The notes under the pieces are model-generated. The model did no database searches, was not told the DNA's origin, and worked only from the letters and a program-made list of their open reading frames with translations. From IMG/VR virus record IMGVR_UViG_3300017766_002820, positions 1 through 35,449 of that record: a stretch of DNA of 35,449 nucleotides; one strand, 5' to 3'. Position 1 is the first letter of the stretch, and each line of letters opens with the position of its first letter. The translations under genes and the position numbers were made by a program. The DNA comes from a virus (Duplodnaviria > Caudoviricetes). Shown here piece after piece: positions 26,071 through 35,137 of the stretch.

Positions 26071-28830
26071 ATGCTCTTTTTCTACTCCAAAAATCAAAAA
26101 GTTCGTCAATTTGTAAACCCCAAAACTGGAAAGATAAATCCAGGTGGAAACTTCAAATCATTTAATGAAAACTGGGAAGCATCAGAAGCGGGTGCTGAGG
26201 ACATCGCCAAAGCCACAGCGGCTGGGGATGGTCTGTGCGCGTGGCACTTGGTTAACGGGAAGAGAGTAAAAGATTCGACCGGAACGATTAAAGCTGGTCT
26301 GATTATTATCGACATTGATAATCAAGCAGATCACAAAGATGAGGATGGAAACAAAGTTCAGAAGCAAGAGCTGAATGTAAAAGAAGCTCTAGAGCTAGAT
26401 ATATGTAAAAAGTACCTGAGCTTTGCGTACTACTCGCCGAGTACGACACCGGAGTGGCCTCGCTTCCGTCTCGTTTTTGGACTCGAAAGACCCATTGTCG
26501 ACCCTGATTTTTACCAGTGGTTCGTCAGGGAAGTTGCTGAGCAGATCCCCGGTTCAGATCGGCGAGCGACCCAAGCTGTAAACCTGTTCTACGGAGGCAA
26601 GTCACCCGATGATCTGATCTGCTGGTCGCACAAGTACATACCAGTATCAAAAATCAACGAAGCCCTGCAGGCGTACAACCTGATCCCTAAGGAAATCAAA
26701 CGCGAGGACGATCCTGCAGAGGCTCTGGAGATCGCCACCACGCCGGACGGTATCGATGTCAGCAATCTTCTGAGCTCCTCCGTCCGGTCGATGCTGGAGG
26801 GGGCTCCCGTAGAGGACAGGTCGTTCAGCATGGCAGTAGCGCTGAAGGAGCTGATCGGTTGGGCCAACTGGCTCGGAGCCAACGACCTCCCCATTAAGCA
26901 GCGCCCACTTGACATGGCGCACCAAATATTCGAGAATATCTACGAGTACGACCCAGCCCTCGATGGCAAGTTCAACCGAATTCTCGGAAGCATTTCCAAC
27001 GCATCCACGCTGCGTCCCGCTGTCGCCATGGCGTCGGAGGAGGGCGAGGCTGCACCCTGGAAAAAGATAAAATATGTAGATCGGGCTTTGTTCGATAGCA
27101 AGTGTCCCGACACAATTAAAGAACAAATCAAAGCCAAGAAACCAAAACCAAGTAACTCGATCCTGAGCATCGAAGACTTCGAGATCGAAGCTACTCCCGA
27201 ACCGACATCAACATTTACAGCCACAGAAGATCCCCCCGAAATGCCTCCCACTCCTCAAACGCCTGCGCAGTTAGTTCAGATTCAGAACAACAACAGGCAG
27301 TTCTCCGAAAACGATATTGCTGAGATCATCGTAAGCAACTACGGTGACAGCTTCTTATTTGATTCCAGCCTGGATGAGTTCTTTACATACGATAACGACG
27401 AAGGCATCTGGTATCTGAACGATGAACAACATATAAAGCGGCGTATCGTTAGCACACTGGATACCTTTATTCAGGCTGGAGTTCTGCCACGCTACAACTC
27501 GGCAACTGTGAACTCCGTATTTCAGTTGCTGAAAGCGAAGCTCCTGCGGTCAGTCCGGGGCGGTCGCTCCTCAATCTGGCAGACCAACAGAGGCAAGGTT
27601 GCTTTCGAGAACGGTGTACTCGACACCAAAACTCTGGAGTTCAAGCCTGGAAATCATAAAGACATGTATTTCCAGACCAAGCTTGCCTTCCAATACGGTG
27701 AAGACCCTGCGTGCCCTAAGTTCCTCGGCTGGTTGGAGTGGGCAGTTGGCGTCGACAAGGTGGTAATTATCCAGGCATTCTGCCGGGCTGTATTGACCGG
27801 ATATACAACGGGTGAAAAGTTCCTTCACCTGATCGGTGCGGGCGGATCCGGTAAGTCCACGCTGCAGCAGATCCTGATTGCCCTGGCTGGCTTCACGGGC
27901 ACACATACGTCTGATTTGGAAACGATTGAGACGAACCGTTTCGAAGCTCATAGCCTGATCGGTAAGCGTCTTCTGCTCCTCACGGACGAAGCCTCCTTCA
28001 GCAAGCGCCTCGACACGCTCAAAAAACTGACGTCAGCTTCGGACACGCTGCGGGCAGAGCGGAAGTACGGAACTCAAATCATCAACTTCAAGCCTGAGCT
28101 GCTGGTATCCATCGCCAGTAACGAGCACATCAGCTCCTCTGACATCAGCAGCGGTCTGGAACGACGCCGCCTCACCATCGTCATGAACAACGTTGTGTCG
28201 CCTTCCAAGCGCCGCAACCTGATCAGCGTGTTCCCGGACCGCGTGGAAGGTGAGCTCGCCGATGAGCTGCCAAACATCGCAGCCTGGTGCCTGTCGATGG
28301 ACTTCGACAAGATGCGTGACACGCTGGCAAATCCGGTTAAGTACTGCCCAGATCTAAACACGACGAACATCGAAGCTTTAATCTTCAACAACCCAATCGT
28401 GGCGTGGTTGTCTGAATGCACGTTGTACGCACCAAATAGCCAAACTCCTCTCGGAGGCGGTGCATTCCGTCCAACCATCGATGAGCAGGAACGAGGTCTC
28501 TATGTCAAAAGCGCCAACTCAGAAATCTACGCATCATACGCAAACTTCGCAAAATCAAACGGTTACAAGGCTGCAGCAAAGCCACGCTTCGTTGATCGTC
28601 TGAAGGAGACGGTAAACAATGTGCTGAAGATCCAAGGCATCGAACCTAAGTTCATCAATGGCAAAGCGGTGATCAAAGGGCTTCGTATCAAGCCTTACGA
28701 CCCCTCGACTGATCGCGCTGCAGCGGGTGACAACAGACTGCCATCCCCGGTAGAATTTGTCGCGAACCCCTCTTTGTGGGGCGCAGCATTCCAAGCTCAC
28801 GACCCAAATCCCGAACAAGAATCAAAATGA
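26071..28830 (+). CDS. Primase-helicase (AEP-like N-terminus + D5-like SF3 helicase)
   Basis: IIIDID, Y.SPS and PRFRLVF at the N-terminus; FENGVLD, Walker A GAGGSGKST, LIGKRLLLLTDE, RAERKY, ASN, RRR. GAGGG RBS favours ATG 26071 (track start 26050). Confidence 0.9.
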   Translation: MLFFYSKNQKVRQFVNPKTGKINPGGNFKSFNENWEASEAGAEDIAKATAAGDGLCAWHLVNGKRVKDSTGTIKAGLIIIDIDNQADHKDEDGNKVQKQELNVKEALELDICKKYLSFAYYSPSTTPEWPRFRLVFGLERPIVDPDFYQWFVREVAEQIPGSDRRATQAVNLFYGGKSPDDLICWSHKYIPVSKINEALQAYNLIPKEIKREDDPAEALEIATTPDGIDVSNLLSSSVRSMLEGAPVEDRSFSMAVALKELIGWANWLGANDLPIKQRPLDMAHQIFENIYEYDPALDGKFNRILGSISNASTLRPAVAMASEEGEAAPWKKIKYVDRALFDSKCPDTIKEQIKAKKPKPSNSILSIEDFEIEATPEPTSTFTATEDPPEMPPTPQTPAQLVQIQNNNRQFSENDIAEIIVSNYGDSFLFDSSLDEFFTYDNDEGIWYLNDEQHIKRRIVSTLDTFIQAGVLPRYNSATVNSVFQLLKAKLLRSVRGGRSSIWQTNRGKVAFENGVLDTKTLEFKPGNHKDMYFQTKLAFQYGEDPACPKFLGWLEWAVGVDKVVIIQAFCRAVLTGYTTGEKFLHLIGAGGSGKSTLQQILIALAGFTGTHTSDLETIETNRFEAHSLIGKRLLLLTDEASFSKRLDTLKKLTSASDTLRAERKYGTQIINFKPELLVSIASNEHISSSDISSGLERRRLTIVMNNVVSPSKRRNLISVFPDRVEGELADELPNIAAWCLSMDFDKMRDTLANPVKYCPDLNTTNIEALIFNNPIVAWLSECTLYAPNSQTPLGGGAFRPTIDEQERGLYVKSANSEIYASYANFAKSNGYKAAAKPRFVDRLKETVNNVLKIQGIEPKFINGKAVIKGLRIKPYDPSTDRAAAGDNRLPSPVEFVANPSLWGAAFQAHDPNPEQESK

Positions 28831-29417
28831 AAATCGCAAACGTAGTCCTCGCAACTTTAGGTTTAGGTTGCGCTGCAATCGCTTCAGTATCAATCCCTGA
28901 CTCACCTGCTCTCGCTGCAGCGAGCTTTGGTGGCGGTCTACTCAGCGCCTCTCTTCTGGCGGACGACGGACGCCGACGGAAAGAAGAGGACAAAAGAGTC
29001 GAATCGGCCCGCGTGGCAAAAGTGTTCTCCTTCCTTTACGAGAGCAACCGGGGTTTGGTAAGCCCTCAACAGCTTGCTTTCAACGCGGACATCACCCCGG
29101 AGCGAGCTGACATCTTTCTCGAAGCCCTGAGTCAAGATCAGAACGGACAAGCGATCCCGACGCAAAGCGGAAAGGTTTACAACTTCCCGCACCCGTCAAA
29201 CGCACTGGACGAACTGACGCGAAACGCGACTGCATGGGCTGACGCTAAGTGCGAACCGCTGCTAAACGAGATTGGAAGTCTCAAGCAACAGATGAAAGTA
29301 CTTCAAGCCCACGCTGCGATTAACCGTGGGGCAGATATAGAAAAAGCGGCTCAGACGTTCGTAGCTAACAACAATTTGCCTCAGTCGCCTAGCGACCCGT
29401 GGAATAATCTGTTATAG
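28827..29417 (+). CDS. Membrane-anchored protein with winged-helix-like and coiled-coil regions
   Basis: ATGA overlap; hydrophobic N-terminus; G.VS..QLA..A.IT.E.A..FL..L ... G.VY.F. Confidence 0.65.
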   Translation: MKIANVVLATLGLGCAAIASVSIPDSPALAAASFGGGLLSASLLADDGRRRKEEDKRVESARVAKVFSFLYESNRGLVSPQQLAFNADITPERADIFLEALSQDQNGQAIPTQSGKVYNFPHPSNALDELTRNATAWADAKCEPLLNEIGSLKQQMKVLQAHAAINRGADIEKAAQTFVANNNLPQSPSDPWNNLL

Positions 29418-29435
29418 TTAAAGATACGCGCGTAA

Positions 29436-29477
29436 AGCGAACAAAAGCCGGGGCCTAATTCAAGCCCCGGTTTCGCT
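29436..29477. terminator. Bidirectional terminator between convergent gene blocks
   Basis: AAAAGCCGGGGC-CTAATTCAA-GCCCCGGTTT. Confidence 0.75.
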
Positions 29478-29487
29478 GTATCTGGGA

Positions 29488-29802
29488 TCACTCCTCCTTC
29501 GAGTCCTCCGCAGGTCCAGTATCTTCGAGAAGTTTCAAGTCATACTCCTTCGCGATTTGTCGCATTAACTCCGGTGCACGGTATTCGTTAAAGGCGAGCT
29601 GACACCCGCCAGCGCATATATTTTTCTCAGAAAATCCCTGATAAGCGAGAATTTTCTCGAAAATTTCAAACCACGCGTGGACAGAGGAGTCGATCATGTC
29701 TGCCTCTAACGTGAACTCGTGCTCGGGAGCGCTGTCCAATTCGTACCGAGGATTCTTAAACGAAATACTTATTTTTAAAGTTGAGGAAGCGGACTCAAAC
29801 AT
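29488..29802 (-). CDS. Hypothetical protein (104 aa)
   Basis: Internal ATG (MFESASS...) overlaps the thyX stop by 8 nt. Confidence 0.6.
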   Translation of the reverse strand: MFESASSTLKISISFKNPRYELDSAPEHEFTLEADMIDSSVHAWFEIFEKILAYQGFSEKNICAGGCQLAFNEYRAPELMRQIAKEYDLKLLEDTGPAEDSKEE

Positions 29803-30502
29803 GCATCCAGCCCTCCAAACCGCTGGTAGTGAGCGATGACTCCACGAGTGCTTCGTGGATGACCGGTACACAGTCTGCCAGAATTTCGCCGATTTGCTTG
29901 GCGATCACCCTGTGTTCGAGCTGCGTGTCAGGGCGAGCACGCAAACCAACATAGAAGATCCAATCGCGGAGCGTTCCCTGCATGTGCAGTCGAGTCGGAG
30001 AGCACATAGGGAGGATGTTCCTGGCGCATTCCTTAGCCACGCCGCTCTGGAGCATCGCCTCGTATATCTCTTGGATATCCTTGTAGATCTCGTGGACGCG
30101 CTCCTTCAGCGAGTCCTTGACCTCGCCATCGGGGAAGGGCAGACTGTTCTGTCGATTTATAAAATCTTGAGCGCGAATATCGAAGTCCCAGCACGTATCA
30201 TTTAGTGTGGCTAGAATATCTGTAGGATCACTGTAACGCTGTGAAAGTTCTTGATAATGAAATGCCCTGTGGCGAATTATCTGTGCACTGATAGCACGAG
30301 AAGTACAGATGCTAAAAGATGCACAGACTTGTTCGTAGACAGACCAATGTCCGTGCGCAATACAGTACTTTAAAAGTTTTTTATATTCGTCCCGTTTCGG
30401 ATTTTTCGTACTGACTCGGGCGTGCTCACCAACCACGTCCTCAGCGTGAGGCGTGATCCAATCGAGCGACGCGAAATGAAGTTCAGTTAGCGGAGTCGAC
30501 AC
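29795..30502 (-). CDS. thyX: FAD-dependent thymidylate synthase
   Basis: ARVS, HGHWSVYE, SRAISAQIIRHR.F.YQELSQRY (RHR-x7-S), KECAR.ILP, TQLEHR. Confidence 0.95.
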   Translation of the reverse strand: MSTPLTELHFASLDWITPHAEDVVGEHARVSTKNPKRDEYKKLLKYCIAHGHWSVYEQVCASFSICTSRAISAQIIRHRAFHYQELSQRYSDPTDILATLNDTCWDFDIRAQDFINRQNSLPFPDGEVKDSLKERVHEIYKDIQEIYEAMLQSGVAKECARNILPMCSPTRLHMQGTLRDWIFYVGLRARPDTQLEHRVIAKQIGEILADCVPVIHEALVESSLTTSGLEGWMHV

Positions 30503-30659
30503 CGGCAGGCTGGTCGGATTCGTTCTGCAGCATCATAATGCCAGCAGCGATCTGATCAGCGAGACCGGGGTTTTCTTTAACCACCTGACCGGCATAGCGA
30601 TCACTCAGATACTCCATCTGAGTGGGGTCAATCCCGATCTGAGGACCTGCGAAACGCAT
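30483..30659 (-). CDS. Hypothetical protein (58 aa)
   Basis: Hand-translated MRFAGPQIGIDPTQMEYLSDRYAGQVVKENPGLADQ...; abuts neighbours. Confidence 0.55.
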   Translation of the reverse strand: MRFAGPQIGIDPTQMEYLSDRYAGQVVKENPGLADQIAAGIMMLQNESDQPAGVDSAN

Positions 30660-30660
30660 C

Positions 30661-30795
30661 TTATGTACGAGGGAACGTTTGCTGGTATCTTAACCGGGCT
30701 GTCACTTCGCTAGGAGTCGTGCGAGCGAGACGCTGAGCATCGAGACCAAAACGCTGGCCCGCCATCCGGACAGGAAAATCGTTGTCGACGACCAT
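30661..30795 (-). CDS. Hypothetical protein (44 aa)
   Basis: Hand-translated MVVDNDFPVRMAGQRFGLDAQRL...; 1-2 nt gaps to both neighbours. Confidence 0.55.
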   Translation of the reverse strand: MVVDNDFPVRMAGQRFGLDAQRLARTTPSEVTARLRYQQTFPRT

Positions 30796-30797
30796 CT

Positions 30798-31292
30798 CTA
30801 CTTACCCTGCAGTTTCTGCTTAGATAAAGCTAACAAGTTGTTCATCATGTTGTGGGTGAGCAGGGGGTAATCCTGCTGCACCAGTTTAGTATTAAGGAAG
30901 TTCTGGTTGGGATTCTGAATCATCTTTTGCATCATCATGCGGCTCCGAGGAGTCGCTTGCTGCATACTCATCATGTATTCAGCCTGACTCATATCATCAG
31001 CACTGTCGGGAAGAGGTACGTTACGCTGGTTATATCCTGCAGGCCCAGTGATTGCCGTAGACTTTTTGATATTACCTTCTGAATACTCAACAGGACCGAC
31101 TGCAGGACGCGCATACAACCCCCGGTCTCGGGCGAATTGCGTAGCTACACGGGAACCGTTATCAAGCTGCATCACCCGACGGATCCCCAGTCCGGGTTCC
31201 TGGTTAAGGCCCACGCCTCCGGGAGGCAGGGCGAGTCCTCCCATAGCTTCAGGCTCTTTTCCTGTCTGACTGGAGCCGGGGAGGATAGCCAT
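30798..31292 (-). CDS. Hypothetical G/P/Q/M-rich protein (164 aa)
   Basis: ORF track; TAATG coupling to the upstream HNH gene. Confidence 0.7.
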   Translation of the reverse strand: MAILPGSSQTGKEPEAMGGLALPPGGVGLNQEPGLGIRRVMQLDNGSRVATQFARDRGLYARPAVGPVEYSEGNIKKSTAITGPAGYNQRNVPLPDSADDMSQAEYMMSMQQATPRSRMMMQKMIQNPNQNFLNTKLVQQDYPLLTHNMMNNLLALSKQKLQGK

Positions 31293-31513
31293 TACTTGTC
31301 GCCTCGATTAGCGCTTCGGTCTCGTACTCTTATGTTACTCGAAGAATTATTTAGAGGGTTCTTATCCTTGTGGTCGACGTCCTTCCCGTCGCCTTTGTGA
31401 ACCCTGCCGTTACGCTCCATATGACGGCGGGCATGATTCCTAGCAGCCCGCCGCTTCTTCTGCTTCTCAGTGCCGTGGTAATCGTTATATTCTTCTTTGT
31501 AATCTCTAGTCAT
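31292..31513 (-). CDS. Small HNH endonuclease
   Basis: RDYK.EY..., GDGKDVDHKD.NP.NN..SN.R....ANR. Confidence 0.85.
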   Translation of the reverse strand: MTRDYKEEYNDYHGTEKQKKRRAARNHARRHMERNGRVHKGDGKDVDHKDKNPLNNSSSNIRVRDRSANRGDK

Positions 31514-31769
31514 CTTCGATGACAGCTTTACATTCTAGTTTACCGCAATTAACTTTACGGACGACAGCCTCAATAAAAGACTGATCCTCGTCCAAGTTGT
31601 CACGAACAATCTCAGCTAAATCAGTGCAGAATTGCTGCCAAAGACCCGAATACAAACCGTTATTACGTTCGTAAAGCCAGTAAAGCCAATCAAGAAAATC
31701 GGCGCGACGCTTCTCATCATCTACGCTCCAGTTGTCCAGAAGCGTTTGGTAATCGACAGGCGCCCGCAT
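31506..31769 (-). CDS. Hypothetical protein (87 aa)
   Basis: ORF track; FLDWLY..Y.R..GLYSGLW motif. Confidence 0.65.
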   Translation of the reverse strand: MRAPVDYQTLLDNWSVDDEKRRADFLDWLYWLYERNNGLYSGLWQQFCTDLAEIVRDNLDEDQSFIEAVVRKVNCGKLECKAVIEDD

Positions 31770-31809
31770 TGGTGGATTGTTGGGGTACCTAATCTACCGC
31801 CCACGCGGG

Positions 31810-32064
31810 TCAGTCGTCGTAAATCAAATCGATCTTTATTTTTCGGATAGGTTGGCCAAGGTACTCGTCGACCTCGCAAGGAAGCTCGCGAACAATGTCC
31901 ATCAAGATATTTACGTAAAGGTTATCGCGGTACTCCATCATCAGCGCCATCTCACGAGTTTGTAAATCGCCGAGTGGGCTACAGTCTTCATCCCAGTTAA
32001 ACGTGCGCTCGCTCGCACGCTCATTGGCACAACGGGCGATGTTCGCCCAATCAACACTTGTCAT
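31810..32064 (-). CDS. Hypothetical protein (84 aa)
   Basis: ORF track; 3 nt downstream of the endolysin. Confidence 0.6.
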   Translation of the reverse strand: MTSVDWANIARCANERASERTFNWDEDCSPLGDLQTREMALMMEYRDNLYVNILMDIVRELPCEVDEYLGQPIRKIKIDLIYDD

Positions 32065-32067
32065 GAT

Positions 32068-33303
32068 TTAGATAGAAGCTCGAATGTACCAGCCCGATGT
32101 GGGCGACTCCACGAGCCAACGTGGCCCAAGGTTCTTCTTAGAGTACTTCAGTTTCGCGCCTCCGGTACTCATATAATTACCGTTAATAAGATCGAGGTCA
32201 CCAAATGGATCATTTACATATACGCTCTTATTGTCAGCTGTGCGTCCGATAATCACAAGCCAGTGACCGCCCCCGGTCGGGTTGCTGACCGGACCTTTGT
32301 GGAGAATACCGATAGGAACAGGGATCCCTCGCTCCAGAAGATCATCGATCTCGTCCCACGAGCCGTTTTGTTTAAACGACGCGGCTAGACCATAGTCCTG
32401 AAGTGCTTCAAGCTGAGAGGTGGGGCTAGTTGTATCTCCGTACTGGAAGACAGTATTGATGTACTGATCATCAGATGTAATAGTATTAGGTTTTAAATAC
32501 TTTAGCAGCATCGCACACGAACTAGAGAAGCACGTGCGCATTGGGTCGCGCTGATTATCTCGCTGACTGTAATACGGTACATTTAAAATAATTTCTTTAG
32601 GTTTAGAAGGTGTAGTCTCATTAGCAATAGGGTCGTTAATGATCTTAAAGTGATCAGAAAAGAACCACCAATCTCGATCTGGCTGGGCGCTCAGCTTGAC
32701 CTTGTAGTGGACTTCGCCCGGAAGCATGGAGATCTCGTTCCATTCGTGGGCAGACCCCTTAGGAACGAACAGCTTCTCCTCAGCAGCAAGGTCAGCGCTC
32801 TGGAGAGGACGACGTTTCAACCACGTGTCCTGCTTGGCGAGAATCGAGTGACCCAAGAGAGGATGCGGTGCCTTCGACAAAAATAGCTCCTTCTCCGCGT
32901 TTCGCCGTTTTGTTAAGCCTTCCAACACTTTGTCGCCCGCCTTGTTCCAACGTAGGAATTGGGTGGCGACAACACTACGATCAGAATTGTCGTTTAGAAG
33001 CTTCAGTAAGGTAGATGTACGAAAGGCTGTCAGTCCAACGTTAAACGCAAATGAGACAAGTGCGTCAAACTCAGATTGAGTGAGGGCGACACGGACATTA
33101 GCTGCCACGCCGGAAGCAAACCTTTCCACATCCTTGGCGAGGATCGCATCGGCCTGGGCCTGAGTGATCTTCAATCCTTTGTGGACGTCAGACCCGGTGT
33201 GACCGTAGCCAATAGTCCAGATACCGACAGCATCCTGATAAGCTTCCAGCTCGCACCCTTCGAACCTCTTAATGAGATCGAGACCCGCCTGAGAAATCTT
33301 CAT
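32068..33303 (-). CDS. Modular endolysin: GH24 lysozyme + C39-like cysteine peptidase
   Basis: FEG...AYQD..GIWTIGYGHT, ALVSFAFNVG, GL..RR.AE; then VPYYSQRD, CFSSSCAM, GGGHW, NDPFG. Confidence 0.92.
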   Translation of the reverse strand: MKISQAGLDLIKRFEGCELEAYQDAVGIWTIGYGHTGSDVHKGLKITQAQADAILAKDVERFASGVAANVRVALTQSEFDALVSFAFNVGLTAFRTSTLLKLLNDNSDRSVVATQFLRWNKAGDKVLEGLTKRRNAEKELFLSKAPHPLLGHSILAKQDTWLKRRPLQSADLAAEEKLFVPKGSAHEWNEISMLPGEVHYKVKLSAQPDRDWWFFSDHFKIINDPIANETTPSKPKEIILNVPYYSQRDNQRDPMRTCFSSSCAMLLKYLKPNTITSDDQYINTVFQYGDTTSPTSQLEALQDYGLAASFKQNGSWDEIDDLLERGIPVPIGILHKGPVSNPTGGGHWLVIIGRTADNKSVYVNDPFGDLDLINGNYMSTGGAKLKYSKKNLGPRWLVESPTSGWYIRASI

Positions 33304-33737
33304 CGAACTTGGACGTCAATCCCGATGCGGTATTCGGAACCGGTACGACCCTTCAGCTGAATATACGCCGCGTAAGATCCGGAGGCTGCGATGCGCTGTT
33401 GGGTGACGGTTGCACTGCGGCTGCTGTATTTAGACGGACGAGCAGTCATCACCTCAGTACCAGCGGAATTGAGGATGATCACATCACCGCATTCGCGCTG
33501 ATCGCGAATATCGACTTGCAGAATTCCGGTAGCGTTAACAGTCAACGGGTAGTAATCGGAGATGCCGTAAATCCCGTCGGCAATATACTCGCGAGCACCT
33601 GCACTAACAACAACCACGCCGCTGGCGTTCAGGGTGCGACGTTGATCGAAATGCGTCGAGTTAGACCGTTGATTAGTGGTGGAGAGCCCGCTAGCCAGAG
33701 TCGGGTCGAGCTCTAAATTTTTTGAAAACTGAGTCAT
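33300..33737 (-). CDS. Hypothetical protein with a PPC-like beta-sandwich
   Basis: DYY.L....G...V, ILNS.G, GSY..YI, EYRI.I pattern; ATGA overlap with the endolysin. Confidence 0.55.
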   Translation of the reverse strand: MTQFSKNLELDPTLASGLSTTNQRSNSTHFDQRRTLNASGVVVVSAGAREYIADGIYGISDYYPLTVNATGILQVDIRDQRECGDVIILNSAGTEVMTARPSKYSSRSATVTQQRIAASGSYAAYIQLKGRTGSEYRIGIDVQVR

Positions 33738-33829
33738 CTTTCGACCCTACGATTCCTCAATTATAAACGTTTAGTACCGGTGATCTTTACAGTCGAGGAT
33801 CTAAACTTTAGGGGAGGCGAAACGACACA

Positions 33830-34093
33830 GTGGAAGCTTTAGTTGCTGCGGCGGGTGTTTTCGCCGCTCTAGTTACGTGGAGTCACGAACAACGTCAGCG
33901 CGTAGTGAATGATCGATTTGAATCGATCAAGACACGTATTACAACAGCAGAAACACAACTAAAAGAGCTTCCAGAAAAATACGTTCTAAAGTCAGATTTA
34001 AATGCAGAACTTGATGACATTAGAGTATGGTTGCGATCAATTAACGATAAATTAGATCGTTTAATTATGGGAAAAGTAAATGAAAAACTCTAA
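33830..34093 (+). CDS. Single-TM coiled-coil protein (lysis accessory candidate)
   Basis: Hydrophobic N-terminus; YV.K.D and I..KLD.LI motifs; GGAGG RBS. Confidence 0.65.
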   Translation: MEALVAAAGVFAALVTWSHEQRQRVVNDRFESIKTRITTAETQLKELPEKYVLKSDLNAELDDIRVWLRSINDKLDRLIMGKVNEKL

Positions 34094-34394
34094 CTACAAC
34101 ACTTGGTTAGCGTTGTGCTATGAACTCTTAATTAAATTAGGTGAGCACTATAAGCGTTTAAAAACAAACTACTGGGTCAAACTAGCATTACGTTATTGCC
34201 ACGAAGACTGGGTGCTATGGAAAGTCGAAAATACGCTGCGCTCCGTTGACCGCGATATCGAAAAGATTGTAGAAGAGTGGGACAAGCAAAAGAAACCAAA
34301 ATACGAACTAATTGAGCATCAGCCTGACGGATCAAAAGCTCAAGAACTACTTGGTGGTGCGATAGAAATTAAATCAACATGGCGGCGGGATTAA
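34080..34394 (+). CDS. Hypothetical protein (104 aa)
   Basis: ORF track; GS.AQ.LLGG.IEI motif. Confidence 0.65.
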   Translation: MKNSNYNTWLALCYELLIKLGEHYKRLKTNYWVKLALRYCHEDWVLWKVENTLRSVDRDIEKIVEEWDKQKKPKYELIEHQPDGSKAQELLGGAIEIKSTWRRD

Positions 34395-34432
34395 CTAGGT
34401 AGTTTTATAATGAAAGTAATCGAAGAATCACT

Positions 34433-34621
34433 ATGACTGCCGCTATCGCTTTCCTTGCCGCTCATTGGGTAGATATTGTCGCCATCGCTGCTGCCGCTCA
34501 TGCTTTAGCACTGGTTATCGTAAATACTACTCCTACGCCTAAAGACGATGAACTGTATGGTAAATTTTACAAGGTTATCGAAGTCATCGCAGGTATTGTG
34601 ACCAAGATCGCTAAGAAGTGA
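34433..34621 (+). CDS. Putative holin
   Basis: Small hydrophobic protein with TPTPKDD motif and basic C-terminus; TATAAT upstream. Confidence 0.6.
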   Translation: MTAAIAFLAAHWVDIVAIAAAAHALALVIVNTTPTPKDDELYGKFYKVIEVIAGIVTKIAKK

Positions 34622-35018
34622 TCTCCTCCTCATTGCCTGCTGGGAGCTGTAAAGGCTGCTCGCAGGCTTTTTTGTATGCCACGGCGGAGTCGGATTGATT
34701 CGGGTCCGCCGCTACCCATTCCAAAATTTTAAGTTCCCGTTCAGGCGTCCAAAATGTTTGCGACCTGAACCATAGCATATGGTCCGTATCGGATTTATGT
34801 AAATTACAATCGGCACAGGCTGCCACTAAATTATTTCTAGTTGTTTTACCTCCCCTAGCTTTGGGTACGATGTGATCTAACGTGGACGGGTTTTCCCGTC
34901 CGCAATAAGCGCAACCATCCCAAGAATCCAAAATATCGCGACGGAAACGCTTCCTCGCGGTTCTCCTTTGTAGACACTGAAGGGAGAACAGGAGATCGTT
35001 TTCTGACATTCGGCTCAC
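34611..35018 (-). CDS. HNH endonuclease (zinc-binding, McrA-like)
   Basis: CAYCG...TLDHIVPK.RGG....NLV.AC.DCN..KS. Confidence 0.9.
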   Translation of the reverse strand: MSRMSENDLLFSLQCLQRRTARKRFRRDILDSWDGCAYCGRENPSTLDHIVPKARGGKTTRNNLVAACADCNLHKSDTDHMLWFRSQTFWTPERELKILEWVAADPNQSDSAVAYKKACEQPLQLPAGNEEEITS

Positions 35019-35137
35019 TCGAAGAGTGGCTTTAAGTCATTTTAGGGAATTTAAATTATTAAATGCTTAAGATACTATGTAACCAAAAAAACATTTAAAC
35101 GTTTAAACTTTAGTTGTATTCAACGGGGAAGTGAACC

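Noticed and set aside
12641-33716. Many antisense or alternate-frame ORFs inside the long genes (e.g. 14911..15282, 26647..27126, 33309..33716)
   Set aside because: Shadow ORFs overlapping motif-supported genes, with no motifs of their own.
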